From an uncultured Pseudomonadota bacterium (GTDB lineage: Bacteria; Pseudomonadota; Alphaproteobacteria; Rs-D84): DNA of 64,000 nucleotides. The position numbers and the translations under genes were made by a program. The notes below the pieces were generated by a model that was not told where the DNA came from, did not search any database, and worked only from the letters and a program-made list of their open reading frames with translations. Below, one piece after another: positions 1-8,628 of the stretch. The DNA is taken from contig CADCKW010000003.1 in the NCBI GenBank assembly GCA_902802115.1, positions 5,637 to 69,636 on the forward strand. The letters are read 5' to 3'. Within the stretch, counting starts at the first letter, position 1. Every line of letters starts with the position of its first letter.

Positions 1-171
1 TGGTGCAGATGGTTCCGAATCGGTTTGCACACCAGTTGCAGAAACACTGGTCTTTGGGGCAATAAAAGATGGCTGATGATTTAACGGTATAGAACTGGCA
101 CGCAAGGACGGCGCGCAAAAACAAGCAGTGCAAACCATGCACAACATACCCCAAACACTAAGTTTTCTCAT
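1..171 (-). CDS. N-terminal part of a probable secreted/lipoprotein-like protein, running off the window edge
   Basis: ATG at 171 with purine-rich AGGGGG upstream; translates MRKLSVWGMLCMVCTACFCAPSLRAS..., signal-peptide-like and open to position 1. Confidence 0.55.
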   Translation of the reverse strand, partial: MRKLSVWGMLCMVCTACFCAPSLRASSIPLNHQPSFIAPKTSVSATGVQTDSEPSAP

Positions 172-335
172 AATTTTTCCCCCTGATATCATTATAAAAA
201 AATCCTTTCTTAGATAAATTTTAGAAAAAATCAAAAATCCAAGGCAAGCACAAAAAATAGTAATTTTCACAAGTTTATTTATAAAATTTTTATTTGCAAT
301 TTTGTTGGGTATATCCTAGGATAAAAGCACATTGT

Positions 336-412
336 CGGGGTGTAGCTCAGCCTGGTAGAGTACTTGCATGGGGTGCAAGGGGTCGCAGGTTCGATTCCTG
401 TCACCCCGACCA
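336..412 (+). tRNA. tRNA-Pro (anticodon GGG)
   Basis: CGGGGTG/CACCCCG acceptor stem, D-arm TAGCTCAGCCTGGTAGAG, anticodon stem CTTGC/GCAAG with loop ATGGGGT, GTTCGA T-loop, encoded CCA. Confidence 0.97.
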
Positions 413-449
413 CACTTTGTTAAAACTTCGTGTGACAAGCCAAAAATTC

Positions 450-471
450 AAACCGGTTTTTACCGGTTTTT
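450..471 (+). terminator. Intrinsic terminator after tRNA-Pro
   Basis: AAACCGG-TTTTTA-CCGGTTTTT hairpin plus T tract. Confidence 0.6.
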
Positions 472-496
472 GTTTGTGTGATTTTTATTGTAATAA

Positions 497-522
497 AAAA
501 TCCCGGAAAAATCCGGGATTTT
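497..522. terminator. Bidirectional intrinsic terminator at the 3' end of the giant minus-strand gene
   Basis: AAAATCCCGGA/TCCGGGATTTT inverted repeat with A and T flanks. Confidence 0.65.
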
Positions 523-527
523 GTTTT

Positions 528-1181
528 TTACATGCATTTAAACTCTTCTGGGTTTATTGATAGATTTACGTCGTCGCATACGCAGGTATGACGAGATGAT
601 TCGTAATGCGCGCCATCTGGACATTTGTCGACACATTCACCAGATTTTGTGTCAAAATATAATCCTTCGTCTTGACATGCGCATCCGCCTGCAGTCGCGT
701 TGTATGGCGCAAACTCTGGGCACATATAACATTTTTCATCATTGATGTTCCAGAAATAATGATTGTTTATGGCACATGTTTCTCTGTCCGCATCTATACA
801 TTCGCCTGTGCTCGCAGAGAATACCTGGCCTTCTTCACAAAGTTTGCATGCCATATCTTGGATAACAAAGTTTAACTTAGGTTCTTCACATACACATTCT
901 TGGGCGCTTTCGTTAAACGGTGCGCTTGGTGGGCATTCAACACATGATTGATCTTTCGATGACCAAACCATATTTTTGCTGGCGCACTCGCTTTGGCCGG
1001 CGGCAACACATCTGCCTGTTGATACATTAAATGTTGCAGATTTGTCTTCGCATACGCAACGCGGCAATGATGAGTTATATTGATTCATCGTTAAAGTATG
1101 TACCCTCTGGACATTTATTGCATTTTGTTCCGTTCCAATATGTGTCGGGTTCTGCCAAGCAAGCATTTTCGTCACCTGCAT
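528..1181 (-). CDS. Cys-rich (EGF/TNFR-like CxxCP...CxC) repeat region; probably the frameshifted C-terminus of the 1075-6840 gene, with real coding only below ~1077
   Basis: Repeats such as CVECPPSAPFNESAQECVC and CYMCPEFAPYNATAGGCAC continue the pattern at the end of the upstream ORF; the first ~33 aa look like an out-of-frame overlap; no signal peptide. Confidence 0.7.
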   Translation of the reverse strand: MQVTKMLAWQNPTHIGTEQNAINVQRVHTLTMNQYNSSLPRCVCEDKSATFNVSTGRCVAAGQSECASKNMVWSSKDQSCVECPPSAPFNESAQECVCEEPKLNFVIQDMACKLCEEGQVFSASTGECIDADRETCAINNHYFWNINDEKCYMCPEFAPYNATAGGCACQDEGLYFDTKSGECVDKCPDGAHYESSRHTCVCDDVNLSINPEEFKCM

Positions 1182-4100
1182 CTATGCACATATACCGTTG
1201 TTCATCTTCGTTATAAGCAACTTTTCTGGCCGGGTCGTCACATTTGCAACGTGATGACGGGGTTGTGCCTTTTGGATTATAAAACACAGATTCATCAGGA
1301 CATTTTTCACACATGCCCTTGCCTTCTTCGGCGTGTTCGTTCCAGACCATATAATCTGTTTGATTACATTTTTCCTGGTCTAATCCCGTATCGTTGCTGA
1401 CCGCGGCATTTGCCGTTGCAGCGGCGACGGAGATATTTGCCACAGATGCCGCAATACTGGATTCTGCACGAATTTTTGCAGTGCCAATTGATGAGTCTTT
1501 TTGTTTTGCGGCTGTCAATTTTGATGAAATCGCATTCGCATTTGTATTATTTGCTGATGAATCCAATTTCACATTACCCGCAGAATCAACAACCAAACCA
1601 CCACTTAATAATTGTGACAAATCTTTCATAGTCACGACTTGTGAACTGGTGTCGTCTTTGGTTGCGAATCCGGCACTGGTCAGTGCATTTTTAACATTTG
1701 TGTTGTTTAAACTGGATTGCAGTTGTTTTGCAAAGTCTGCGGTTGATACAACATCACTGGCCTTTGCAAAACCGGCATTGGTCATTGTTGTAGTCAGGTT
1801 GTTTTTGGTGACAACATTAGATTTGACACTTTGATTTGCCCCTGTACCAGTCACTGTGACCAAACCAAGATTTGCCAATCTAGATGTTTCGGCATTTCTA
1901 AGTGCCTGACCGGCAGCAGAATTTTCGTCGCCTAAATCAGTGGTCGTGACAATGCTGGTTGCCCGTTGAAGTTGGCCAGAAGTACTCCTTGTTGCTAAAC
2001 CTAAATCAATAAGTTCTGTTCCAACTGAATTTTGAATATCATTGGCGGTTTGACCAACCTTCATACTGGAAACATTGGTGCCTTTGCTGCCTGTCCAAGA
2101 AAGCATACCGGTTGATGAGTCAAATGTTGGTGTAAAGGATTCGCCCTTGATATCATTTACAAAATTTGTTCGTGTCGATATCAATGCGGTTTTACCAGCA
2201 TCATTCAACGCAAATGTCTTTTTGCCTTCGGCGACATCGGCATTAAACTTGGATTCTTCGGCTGTTTCACCACCCATCAATGACGGGTCGGCTTCAACGG
2301 CTGCCAAGCAAGTGGCCATAGATGTAAAGTATCCTTCGTTGCCGGACTTGGTTAAGTCAGTTGCCACATTGCCGCGCGCAACAAATGCGTTAATAGTTTT
2401 TGCAGCAGACATCTTTTTAACGTTTTGAACGGTTCTAAATCCGGTTGCCACAACGTGCGCTTTGCACCAAGTGTATGCAGCAGATTCGCCGTCTTCACCG
2501 TCTTCGCCAGCCATGATTTCGTCATAACGTTCTTTACATGCGGTCATAAAATCTGCATTGTTGCTGGATTTGCCGGTAAATCCGGTAATCGCCATTCTGG
2601 ACTGGGGGGTTGTGTATGTTTTTGTATCCACAAACGCAGCCATCTTGGCACTGCCTAATTTTGCAGACATTCTCTTGCCAATACCTTCGGTCAAGTTAAG
2701 GACAGTCGGGTTTTGAACCAATGACAAACAGTATGCTGTGGAACCACCCATTATGGCTGTATAATCCGCGTTTGTGAATTTGTCTGCACAGTCTTCTTTG
2801 GACGTTATTTTTGAATACAATTTCTTGACTATTTCAATATTGTCTTCGCAATACTGTTGTTCAGTAGATGTGCCAGACATAATTTCGTTATAACGCGCCT
2901 CGCATGCTTCCATAAATGTTGTGTCTGTTTTTGTGCTGCTGGCCTTGAACCCTGTCATTGCCAAACGACCTTGGACAGTAGAGGTTGCTTTCAAATTTTG
3001 CATTTTTTCAGAACCAAATGTCCGGACCAATTTTTGACCAATACCAGCATTTAAATCAAGGGTATCAACCTTTTGCACCAATGATAAGCAGTAAGATTTT
3101 GCACCACCCATGATTGCATTGTACATATCAGATGTGAATTGCTCGCATGATGTCACATTGCTGTACAATGGCGTAATAATTTTTGTCAGGTTTGATACAC
3201 CTTTATCGTCTTTTTCCATGCAATACGCATACCATGCAGTGTCGCCATCATCACCGGACATAATGCTGTTGTAATTTGCAATACATGCGTCCAGCAACGA
3301 TTTGCCACCGAATATTTTGGTTGCACTTGAATTCAAACGATCTGCGGCAGACTTACCAGTCACCAAATTTGCTGTTAAGGCACTCTTGGCTGCTGCCAAA
3401 TCTTTGACATCTGTATTGCTCTTCATATACAGTTTCGCCATCTTTAAACCGACGCCATCGTCCAAAGACACTTTGTCAAATGTCGCCGTCAGGTTTGCAC
3501 AGAATGCATCTGCACCACCGACCATTTTTGCATACATATCTGCGGTAAAGTTCGAACAATCGTCACTGATTGTATCATTCGGGAACAATTTGCGTGCCAA
3601 ATCACGATTTAATGTTCCGTCTTTGTAATGCTCGGCCTGGGCTTTACAATATGTGACCTCTGGCTTTTCGGCATCGTCGCCGGACATAATGCTGTTGTAA
3701 TTTGCAATACATTCGTCCAATATCGAGAAATTCGAATCGTTCATACGTTGTTTTGCATCTTTGGCTTGCAATGTTCTCAACGCATCTTTGGCCGATGATA
3801 AACTTACACTTTTTTTCGTTGCGTAAATTTTGGCTAATTTTAAGCCGACACCTTCGTTCAAAGATACACCCGTATTAAATGTTGCGTTCAAAGATGTGCA
3901 GTATGCGTTTGCGCCACCAATGATTGCAGCATATAAATCTTGGGTAAAGACCGATGGATCACAAGATGAAATACCTCTGTCTGGGTATAATTTTTGAATC
4001 AGTGTCAAGTTTGTGACATCACTTGGGTAATTGACAGCGTGTGCCTCGCAATAAATTTGTGATGCAGGTTTGCCGTTTTCACCTGGTTCGCCTTTGAAAT

Positions 4101-6840
4101 TCACACCCTTGCCTTTTGCTGGGAACGAACAACTATTTTTTTCATCGTTACATGCGCAGATATACAATAACGCATCGCTAACCTCTAAATTATAGTATGC
4201 ATCTGCTTCGTGTTCTGCATCACAAGGTTTGCCAGACAATTCACTGTAATTATCAATTGTTCCACGATACAGATAACCGTCGCCAGATTTTCCAGCCATG
4301 ATTTCTTCGTATTTTTGCGCACAGGCATCAACAAAAGATATTGTTTTATTATTTAATGTGACCTTGGTCGCAACCTTTTGCGATGACAAAGTGCTGACAA
4401 TCGTATCGCCAAACAAACGTTTCAAATTGTTTTTCACATTTAATGTTGATGAATCGACATTTTTAGCAACCATTAAACAGTATGCTTTTGGACCACCCAT
4501 TATCGCATTATATTGTTCTTGGGTGAAATCGTCGCATGTTTTGACGGTTGATGCGCCATACAAAGGTTGAATTATTGATGTTAAGTTTGTGCCTTCGCTG
4601 CAGTATGAATACCATGCAGATTTTGGATTCATAATTTCATCGTATTTTTTCGCGCACGCAAATACGAATTTTTCAGTTTGACCATTAATAGAAACACTGG
4701 CGGACAATCCGTTGTTTTTCAAATTGCTGACTGTGCCGGAACCAAATACATCTTCCAAAGTTTTACCAATACCTTTGGTTGCGACCAAATAGTTGCTGTT
4801 TTCTTTGGCGTTTTTGGCAACCAACATACAATATGCCTTGGAACCGTCCATCAATGCGATATATTCTTCTTCGGTAAAATTGTCGCATGTTTTTGATGTA
4901 CCATATAATGGTTTGATAATATTATTCAAATTGTTGTCTGTGGTGCAATATGAATACCATGTTGTTTCAGCAGATACACCTGGGTCACCCTTGTCACCTT
5001 TTTCACCTTTTAATTCAATACCATCTTTTTCAGCTGGAAATCGGCAATTCTTGCCATTGGAATCGCAGTTATAAACATATAATTTACCTGTGTCTTGGGT
5101 GAAATAACCGTCGCCTTCAACAATGTCTGATATTTGTGTGACATTGTTCTTAACCAGGTTTTCATATGTTTCGACACTGCCTTTTAATTTATAACTGGTT
5201 CCGTCTTTACCGTCCTTACCGCGTAAAAGTTCTTTCAATGTTTCGTCTTTGGCAATTATATTTAATAAACTGCCATCGTCGTTAATGCCGCCGTCCAATA
5301 CGGCAACGCGTGACGATAATGTTGAAACACTGTCATTGGTTGCAACATTTAAATCGCCGCTGTCTTTTAATAAACGTTTGGTCTTTAAATTTCTAATAAT
5401 TGTGTCGTCCAAAGTTGTTGAATTCGCCAATGCGGCACTGACGGTTTTTTCATCAACAGTTGGAATCTCATTTTTGCCGGCGAAAACATTGTCTAATTTA
5501 TCAGTCAAACTTTCGACAGACACATCGCTGGCGGTTGCCAATTTTAAATTGTCCGACGCATCAACAATATCGCGCTTTTTTAATTCATCAAAAATCAAGC
5601 CTTTGACACTCGATTCGTCTGGACCGATTTTGCCTGATAATTTTGCCTTGGCGGTTTCGTTGTCGGCAATGCTGGTTGCGATTGATACAGGATCAATCTG
5701 GGCAGTGGTGGCAACTTTTAATGTGTTTGCGCCATCGACAATTTGTAATCTTTGCAATTCGCCAGTTATCAAACCTTTGACACTCGATTCGTCTGGGCCG
5801 ATTTTGCCAGATAATACCTGTTTTGCAGATTCACTGTCGGCGATGCTGGCCGCGATTGCTGCGGGTGCAATTTCATCTTTGGTTGCCAATTTTGAAAAAG
5901 CGACAGAATCGGTTGATAAAAACTTTTTATTATTTAATGCATCATTTGTGACAAAGCCGCGTTCGTTTAATGCCGTAGTTGTCACATAGCCTTTGGTGGC
6001 AACTTCGTCGGATACCATTTGTTTAAAGTTGCTGGAATTACGCAATGCATTTGTGACAGTGGCCTCGGTGACTTGGACTTCGCCCTTTTTTTCAACATCT
6101 AATGCACCATTTTTCAAAACACCAACCTCGGTTAATTCGTCTGTGATAATATCGCGAATATCTGTATCTTTTGGTTGGATTTTATCCGCCAATGTTGCGG
6201 TGGCACTGGAATCTGTGACAATTTTTTGCGCCAATGCCGTTGGTTCAATTTCTGTTTTCAATGCAAATGGCACAGTGTTTTTATCGTCAATCAAACCACG
6301 AACTTTTAAAATATTAACAACGGCACCGTTTTCGGTGTCTTCCAAGTCTTCGGTACGATTTGTTAAATTGTCAATACTTCTTTGCAAACTTTGATTCGAA
6401 GATTGTAAATCGGAAAGAGTATTTTTCAAGTCTGTATTTGTTGTTGTCAAATTTAATTCTTTGACAGCATCTTCGACAGTATCTTCGACATCGCTGCGGG
6501 ATAATTGATTGTCGCGCAGGTCGTTTTGTGCGGCGGTTAATCTGGCAATTTCCTGACGCAATTCGTCCAAAGCCGCAGAATTCACATTTTGGTTGTTATT
6601 GTTATTCGTGCGCGAAACAGGAACAATCGCAGGTGAAAATTTAGATAATGCTGACCCGCGTGATGCATCGGGTGTCGCCGTTGATTGTGTCGCAACGGTT
6701 GATGTGACATTTCCGGCCGTTGGTTTTACAGCACTGTTCAAACTGAGTGACCCAGCACGAACAGTTGGTTGCAAAGCAACAGCCGCAGAACAACCCAAAA
6801 CACCCAGAATTGTGGTGAAAAGACTTGAAAATTTTGACAT
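1075..6840 (-). CDS. Giant secreted fibre/adhesin-like protein: signal peptide, coiled coil, short collagen-like Gly-X-Y stretches, six 4-Cys repeats, Cys-rich C-terminus
   Basis: ATG 6840 with AGGAG RBS; MSKFSSLFTTILGVLGCSAAVA signal; GKDGKDG, GEKGDKGDPG, GEPGENG; repeated YC...LY...C..FT...Y.AIMGG..AYC...AC...Y.EIM.G modules. Confidence 0.8.
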   Translation of the reverse strand: MSKFSSLFTTILGVLGCSAAVALQPTVRAGSLSLNSAVKPTAGNVTSTVATQSTATPDASRGSALSKFSPAIVPVSRTNNNNNQNVNSAALDELRQEIARLTAAQNDLRDNQLSRSDVEDTVEDAVKELNLTTTNTDLKNTLSDLQSSNQSLQRSIDNLTNRTEDLEDTENGAVVNILKVRGLIDDKNTVPFALKTEIEPTALAQKIVTDSSATATLADKIQPKDTDIRDIITDELTEVGVLKNGALDVEKKGEVQVTEATVTNALRNSSNFKQMVSDEVATKGYVTTTALNERGFVTNDALNNKKFLSTDSVAFSKLATKDEIAPAAIAASIADSESAKQVLSGKIGPDESSVKGLITGELQRLQIVDGANTLKVATTAQIDPVSIATSIADNETAKAKLSGKIGPDESSVKGLIFDELKKRDIVDASDNLKLATASDVSVESLTDKLDNVFAGKNEIPTVDEKTVSAALANSTTLDDTIIRNLKTKRLLKDSGDLNVATNDSVSTLSSRVAVLDGGINDDGSLLNIIAKDETLKELLRGKDGKDGTSYKLKGSVETYENLVKNNVTQISDIVEGDGYFTQDTGKLYVYNCDSNGKNCRFPAEKDGIELKGEKGDKGDPGVSAETTWYSYCTTDNNLNNIIKPLYGTSKTCDNFTEEEYIALMDGSKAYCMLVAKNAKENSNYLVATKGIGKTLEDVFGSGTVSNLKNNGLSASVSINGQTEKFVFACAKKYDEIMNPKSAWYSYCSEGTNLTSIIQPLYGASTVKTCDDFTQEQYNAIMGGPKAYCLMVAKNVDSSTLNVKNNLKRLFGDTIVSTLSSQKVATKVTLNNKTISFVDACAQKYEEIMAGKSGDGYLYRGTIDNYSELSGKPCDAEHEADAYYNLEVSDALLYICACNDEKNSCSFPAKGKGVNFKGEPGENGKPASQIYCEAHAVNYPSDVTNLTLIQKLYPDRGISSCDPSVFTQDLYAAIIGGANAYCTSLNATFNTGVSLNEGVGLKLAKIYATKKSVSLSSAKDALRTLQAKDAKQRMNDSNFSILDECIANYNSIMSGDDAEKPEVTYCKAQAEHYKDGTLNRDLARKLFPNDTISDDCSNFTADMYAKMVGGADAFCANLTATFDKVSLDDGVGLKMAKLYMKSNTDVKDLAAAKSALTANLVTGKSAADRLNSSATKIFGGKSLLDACIANYNSIMSGDDGDTAWYAYCMEKDDKGVSNLTKIITPLYSNVTSCEQFTSDMYNAIMGGAKSYCLSLVQKVDTLDLNAGIGQKLVRTFGSEKMQNLKATSTVQGRLAMTGFKASSTKTDTTFMEACEARYNEIMSGTSTEQQYCEDNIEIVKKLYSKITSKEDCADKFTNADYTAIMGGSTAYCLSLVQNPTVLNLTEGIGKRMSAKLGSAKMAAFVDTKTYTTPQSRMAITGFTGKSSNNADFMTACKERYDEIMAGEDGEDGESAAYTWCKAHVVATGFRTVQNVKKMSAAKTINAFVARGNVATDLTKSGNEGYFTSMATCLAAVEADPSLMGGETAEESKFNADVAEGKKTFALNDAGKTALISTRTNFVNDIKGESFTPTFDSSTGMLSWTGSKGTNVSSMKVGQTANDIQNSVGTELIDLGLATRSTSGQLQRATSIVTTTDLGDENSAAGQALRNAETSRLANLGLVTVTGTGANQSVKSNVVTKNNLTTTMTNAGFAKASDVVSTADFAKQLQSSLNNTNVKNALTSAGFATKDDTSSQVVTMKDLSQLLSGGLVVDSAGNVKLDSSANNTNANAISSKLTAAKQKDSSIGTAKIRAESSIAASVANISVAAATANAAVSNDTGLDQEKCNQTDYMVWNEHAEEGKGMCEKCPDESVFYNPKGTTPSSRCKCDDPARKVAYNEDEQRYMCIDAGDENACLAEPDTYWNGTKCNKCPEGTYFNDESI
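3254..3712. repeat. 33-bp exact direct repeat inside the giant gene (3254-3286 and 3680-3712)
   Basis: CCGGACATAATGCTGTTGTAATTTGCAATACAT occurs twice and encodes CIANYNSIMSG on the minus strand. Confidence 0.85.
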
Positions 6841-6921
6841 CTTTATTCTCCTAGTTTGCAAAAAGAATCCTTCCTTAAAATTTAACTTAGCAAAAAAGAA
6901 AATTTTCACGCAAGCGTTTTT

Positions 6922-7359
6922 TTAATCGTTTTTACAAACCTCGTCAATGGTGTCGGAAATATGCTGAAACATCGCACGTTTGCGGGCAGAATTTTTTGCA
7001 CATGGGTCACAATCTTGGCGTCGCTGACCCATTTTGCAAATAAACCTTTGTCCATTACATGTTCCGGTTGTGCGAACCGCAACAATTCGATTTGCATAAT
7101 TTTCTTCCAATGTGATGTATTTTTGTGGGATATCTTGTGGTTTTTGTTCCCATAGTAAATGTACTTCGTCTGCGGCGGTGCGTTGGCACGATTTTTCTGC
7201 GGCATTTTTGGGCGCCATTATTTTGTCATTGATAGCTGATTCCCGGTTGTTCGCCGCAATTAAAACCCAGACAACCGATACAGTGCATAATGTTGATACG
7301 ATAAATAACAAAACATAATGTGAAACAGAAAATGCAGATGGTGTGTCATCGTTATTCAT
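6922..7359 (-). CDS. Hypothetical membrane-anchored periplasmic protein with 6 Cys in the soluble part
   Basis: ATG 7359 with GGAG upstream; N-terminal hydrophobic helix, then C...C...C...CDPC...C. Confidence 0.65.
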   Translation of the reverse strand: MNNDDTPSAFSVSHYVLLFIVSTLCTVSVVWVLIAANNRESAINDKIMAPKNAAEKSCQRTAADEVHLLWEQKPQDIPQKYITLEENYANRIVAVRTTGTCNGQRFICKMGQRRQDCDPCAKNSARKRAMFQHISDTIDEVCKND

Positions 7360-7514
7360 AAACAATCTCCTTTGGTTATTTTGTTCGTGATTTATTGTAT
7401 TTATTGTGCCTGTGTAAAAATAATAGGTATTTTTTCGCCTTAATTATTTGATTTTTATGCAAATTTAGTGTAAAATAAATGGCGCAATTTTGATAAAAAC
7501 AAAAGGAGTCTGGT

Positions 7515-8402
7515 ATGTTTGTGACCGAAAAATTAAAGACTTTTTCTTGGGTAAATGTCGGGAATCCTGACCATGACGATTTTGAAAGATTACAATCCGA
7601 ATACAAGATTGACGAAGATAATATTATCGACATTTTGGACCCTGATGAACAGCCCAGATTAGAAATAGAAGACGATTACAAGGTTATAATTGTGCGTTTC
7701 CCGATTATCAATCGCGAAAACGACACTTTGTGGCATACTGAGCCTTTATCAATTATTTATTCGTCAAATCGTGTAATTACTGTATGTAGAAAACGGTGTG
7801 ATTTGTTGGATAAAATCAAAAAAGACGAAAAAACATCACGCGAAGATTTTATATTGAATATTTTATACTATATTGCTGAATCTTATCTGCGGTTATTAAA
7901 AGAATTAAACAAACGTGTGTTGGAATCCAAAAAAGGACTGCAACAACATATTTCAAAGTATGATTTGATGGCTTTGTTAGAGGTTGAAAATAGTTATACT
8001 TTGTATATGGCAGGCATCAAAGGCAATGTTTCTGTGTTGGATAAACTGGAAAAAATGCGTGGCTTTATCAAAACAGACGATGCACAAGAATTAGCCGAAG
8101 ATGTTCGTATTGAATTTGGCCAGGCAACCGAGGTTGTGACAAGTTATAGTAAAATGTTAAAATCTATCAAAGAAACCTTTGAAAGTATTATTAATATGGA
8201 ATCTAACAGATATATTAATCGATTAACAATGTGGAATATTATTTTGGTAATTCCAACCGTTATTGTTGGCTATTACGGCATGAATGTTGCTTTACCATTT
8301 GCAGAAAGTAATTTTGCCGCGATGGGTATATTTTTAGTTATATTATTCTTGTTGGTTGGGTTTGCTGTGTTTAGTTGGATTCGAACCAAGAATTTACATT
8401 AA
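7515..8402 (+). CDS. corA: CorA-family Mg2+/Co2+ transporter
   Basis: YGMN signature between two C-terminal TM helices; AAGGAG RBS. Confidence 0.92.
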   Translation: MFVTEKLKTFSWVNVGNPDHDDFERLQSEYKIDEDNIIDILDPDEQPRLEIEDDYKVIIVRFPIINRENDTLWHTEPLSIIYSSNRVITVCRKRCDLLDKIKKDEKTSREDFILNILYYIAESYLRLLKELNKRVLESKKGLQQHISKYDLMALLEVENSYTLYMAGIKGNVSVLDKLEKMRGFIKTDDAQELAEDVRIEFGQATEVVTSYSKMLKSIKETFESIINMESNRYINRLTMWNIILVIPTVIVGYYGMNVALPFAESNFAAMGIFLVILFLLVGFAVFSWIRTKNLH

Positions 8403-8403
8403 C

Positions 8404-8427
8404 AAAATCGCCTAATTGGCGGTTTTT
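8404..8427 (+). terminator. Intrinsic terminator after corA
   Basis: AAAATCGCC-TAATT-GGCGGTTTTT. Confidence 0.6.
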
Positions 8428-8586
8428 ATTTTATTTTTTAATTTTTTTATATCGTATTTGTCGGTATAAAATCAACAAAAAAGACCGGCAATTCATAACA
8501 AATATGTCATAACAGTTATATTTTTGGCGTGACGCGCATATTCATCGTATTAAAACAACAACAAACAAGGTTAATAACAAGTATAA

Positions 8587-8611
8587 AAAAACCGTCTAAT
8601 TGACGGTTTTT
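8587..8611 (-). terminator. Intrinsic terminator after argS
   Basis: AAAAACCGTC-TAATT-GACGGTTTTT. Confidence 0.6.
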
Positions 8612-8628
8612 ATTTTGTTTTTTTAATT

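Noticed and set aside
294-560. 88-aa plus-strand ORF
   Set aside because: Overlaps tRNA-Pro and terminator hairpins; spurious
1394-6925. Many long plus-strand ORFs antisense to the giant gene (e.g. 5249-5989)
   Set aside because: Shadow ORFs expected from codon bias; no RBS or protein motifs
8428-8586. ~160-bp gap between two terminators (corA/argS) as a possible sRNA or small gene
   Set aside because: No convincing ORF, promoter or structure found by eye
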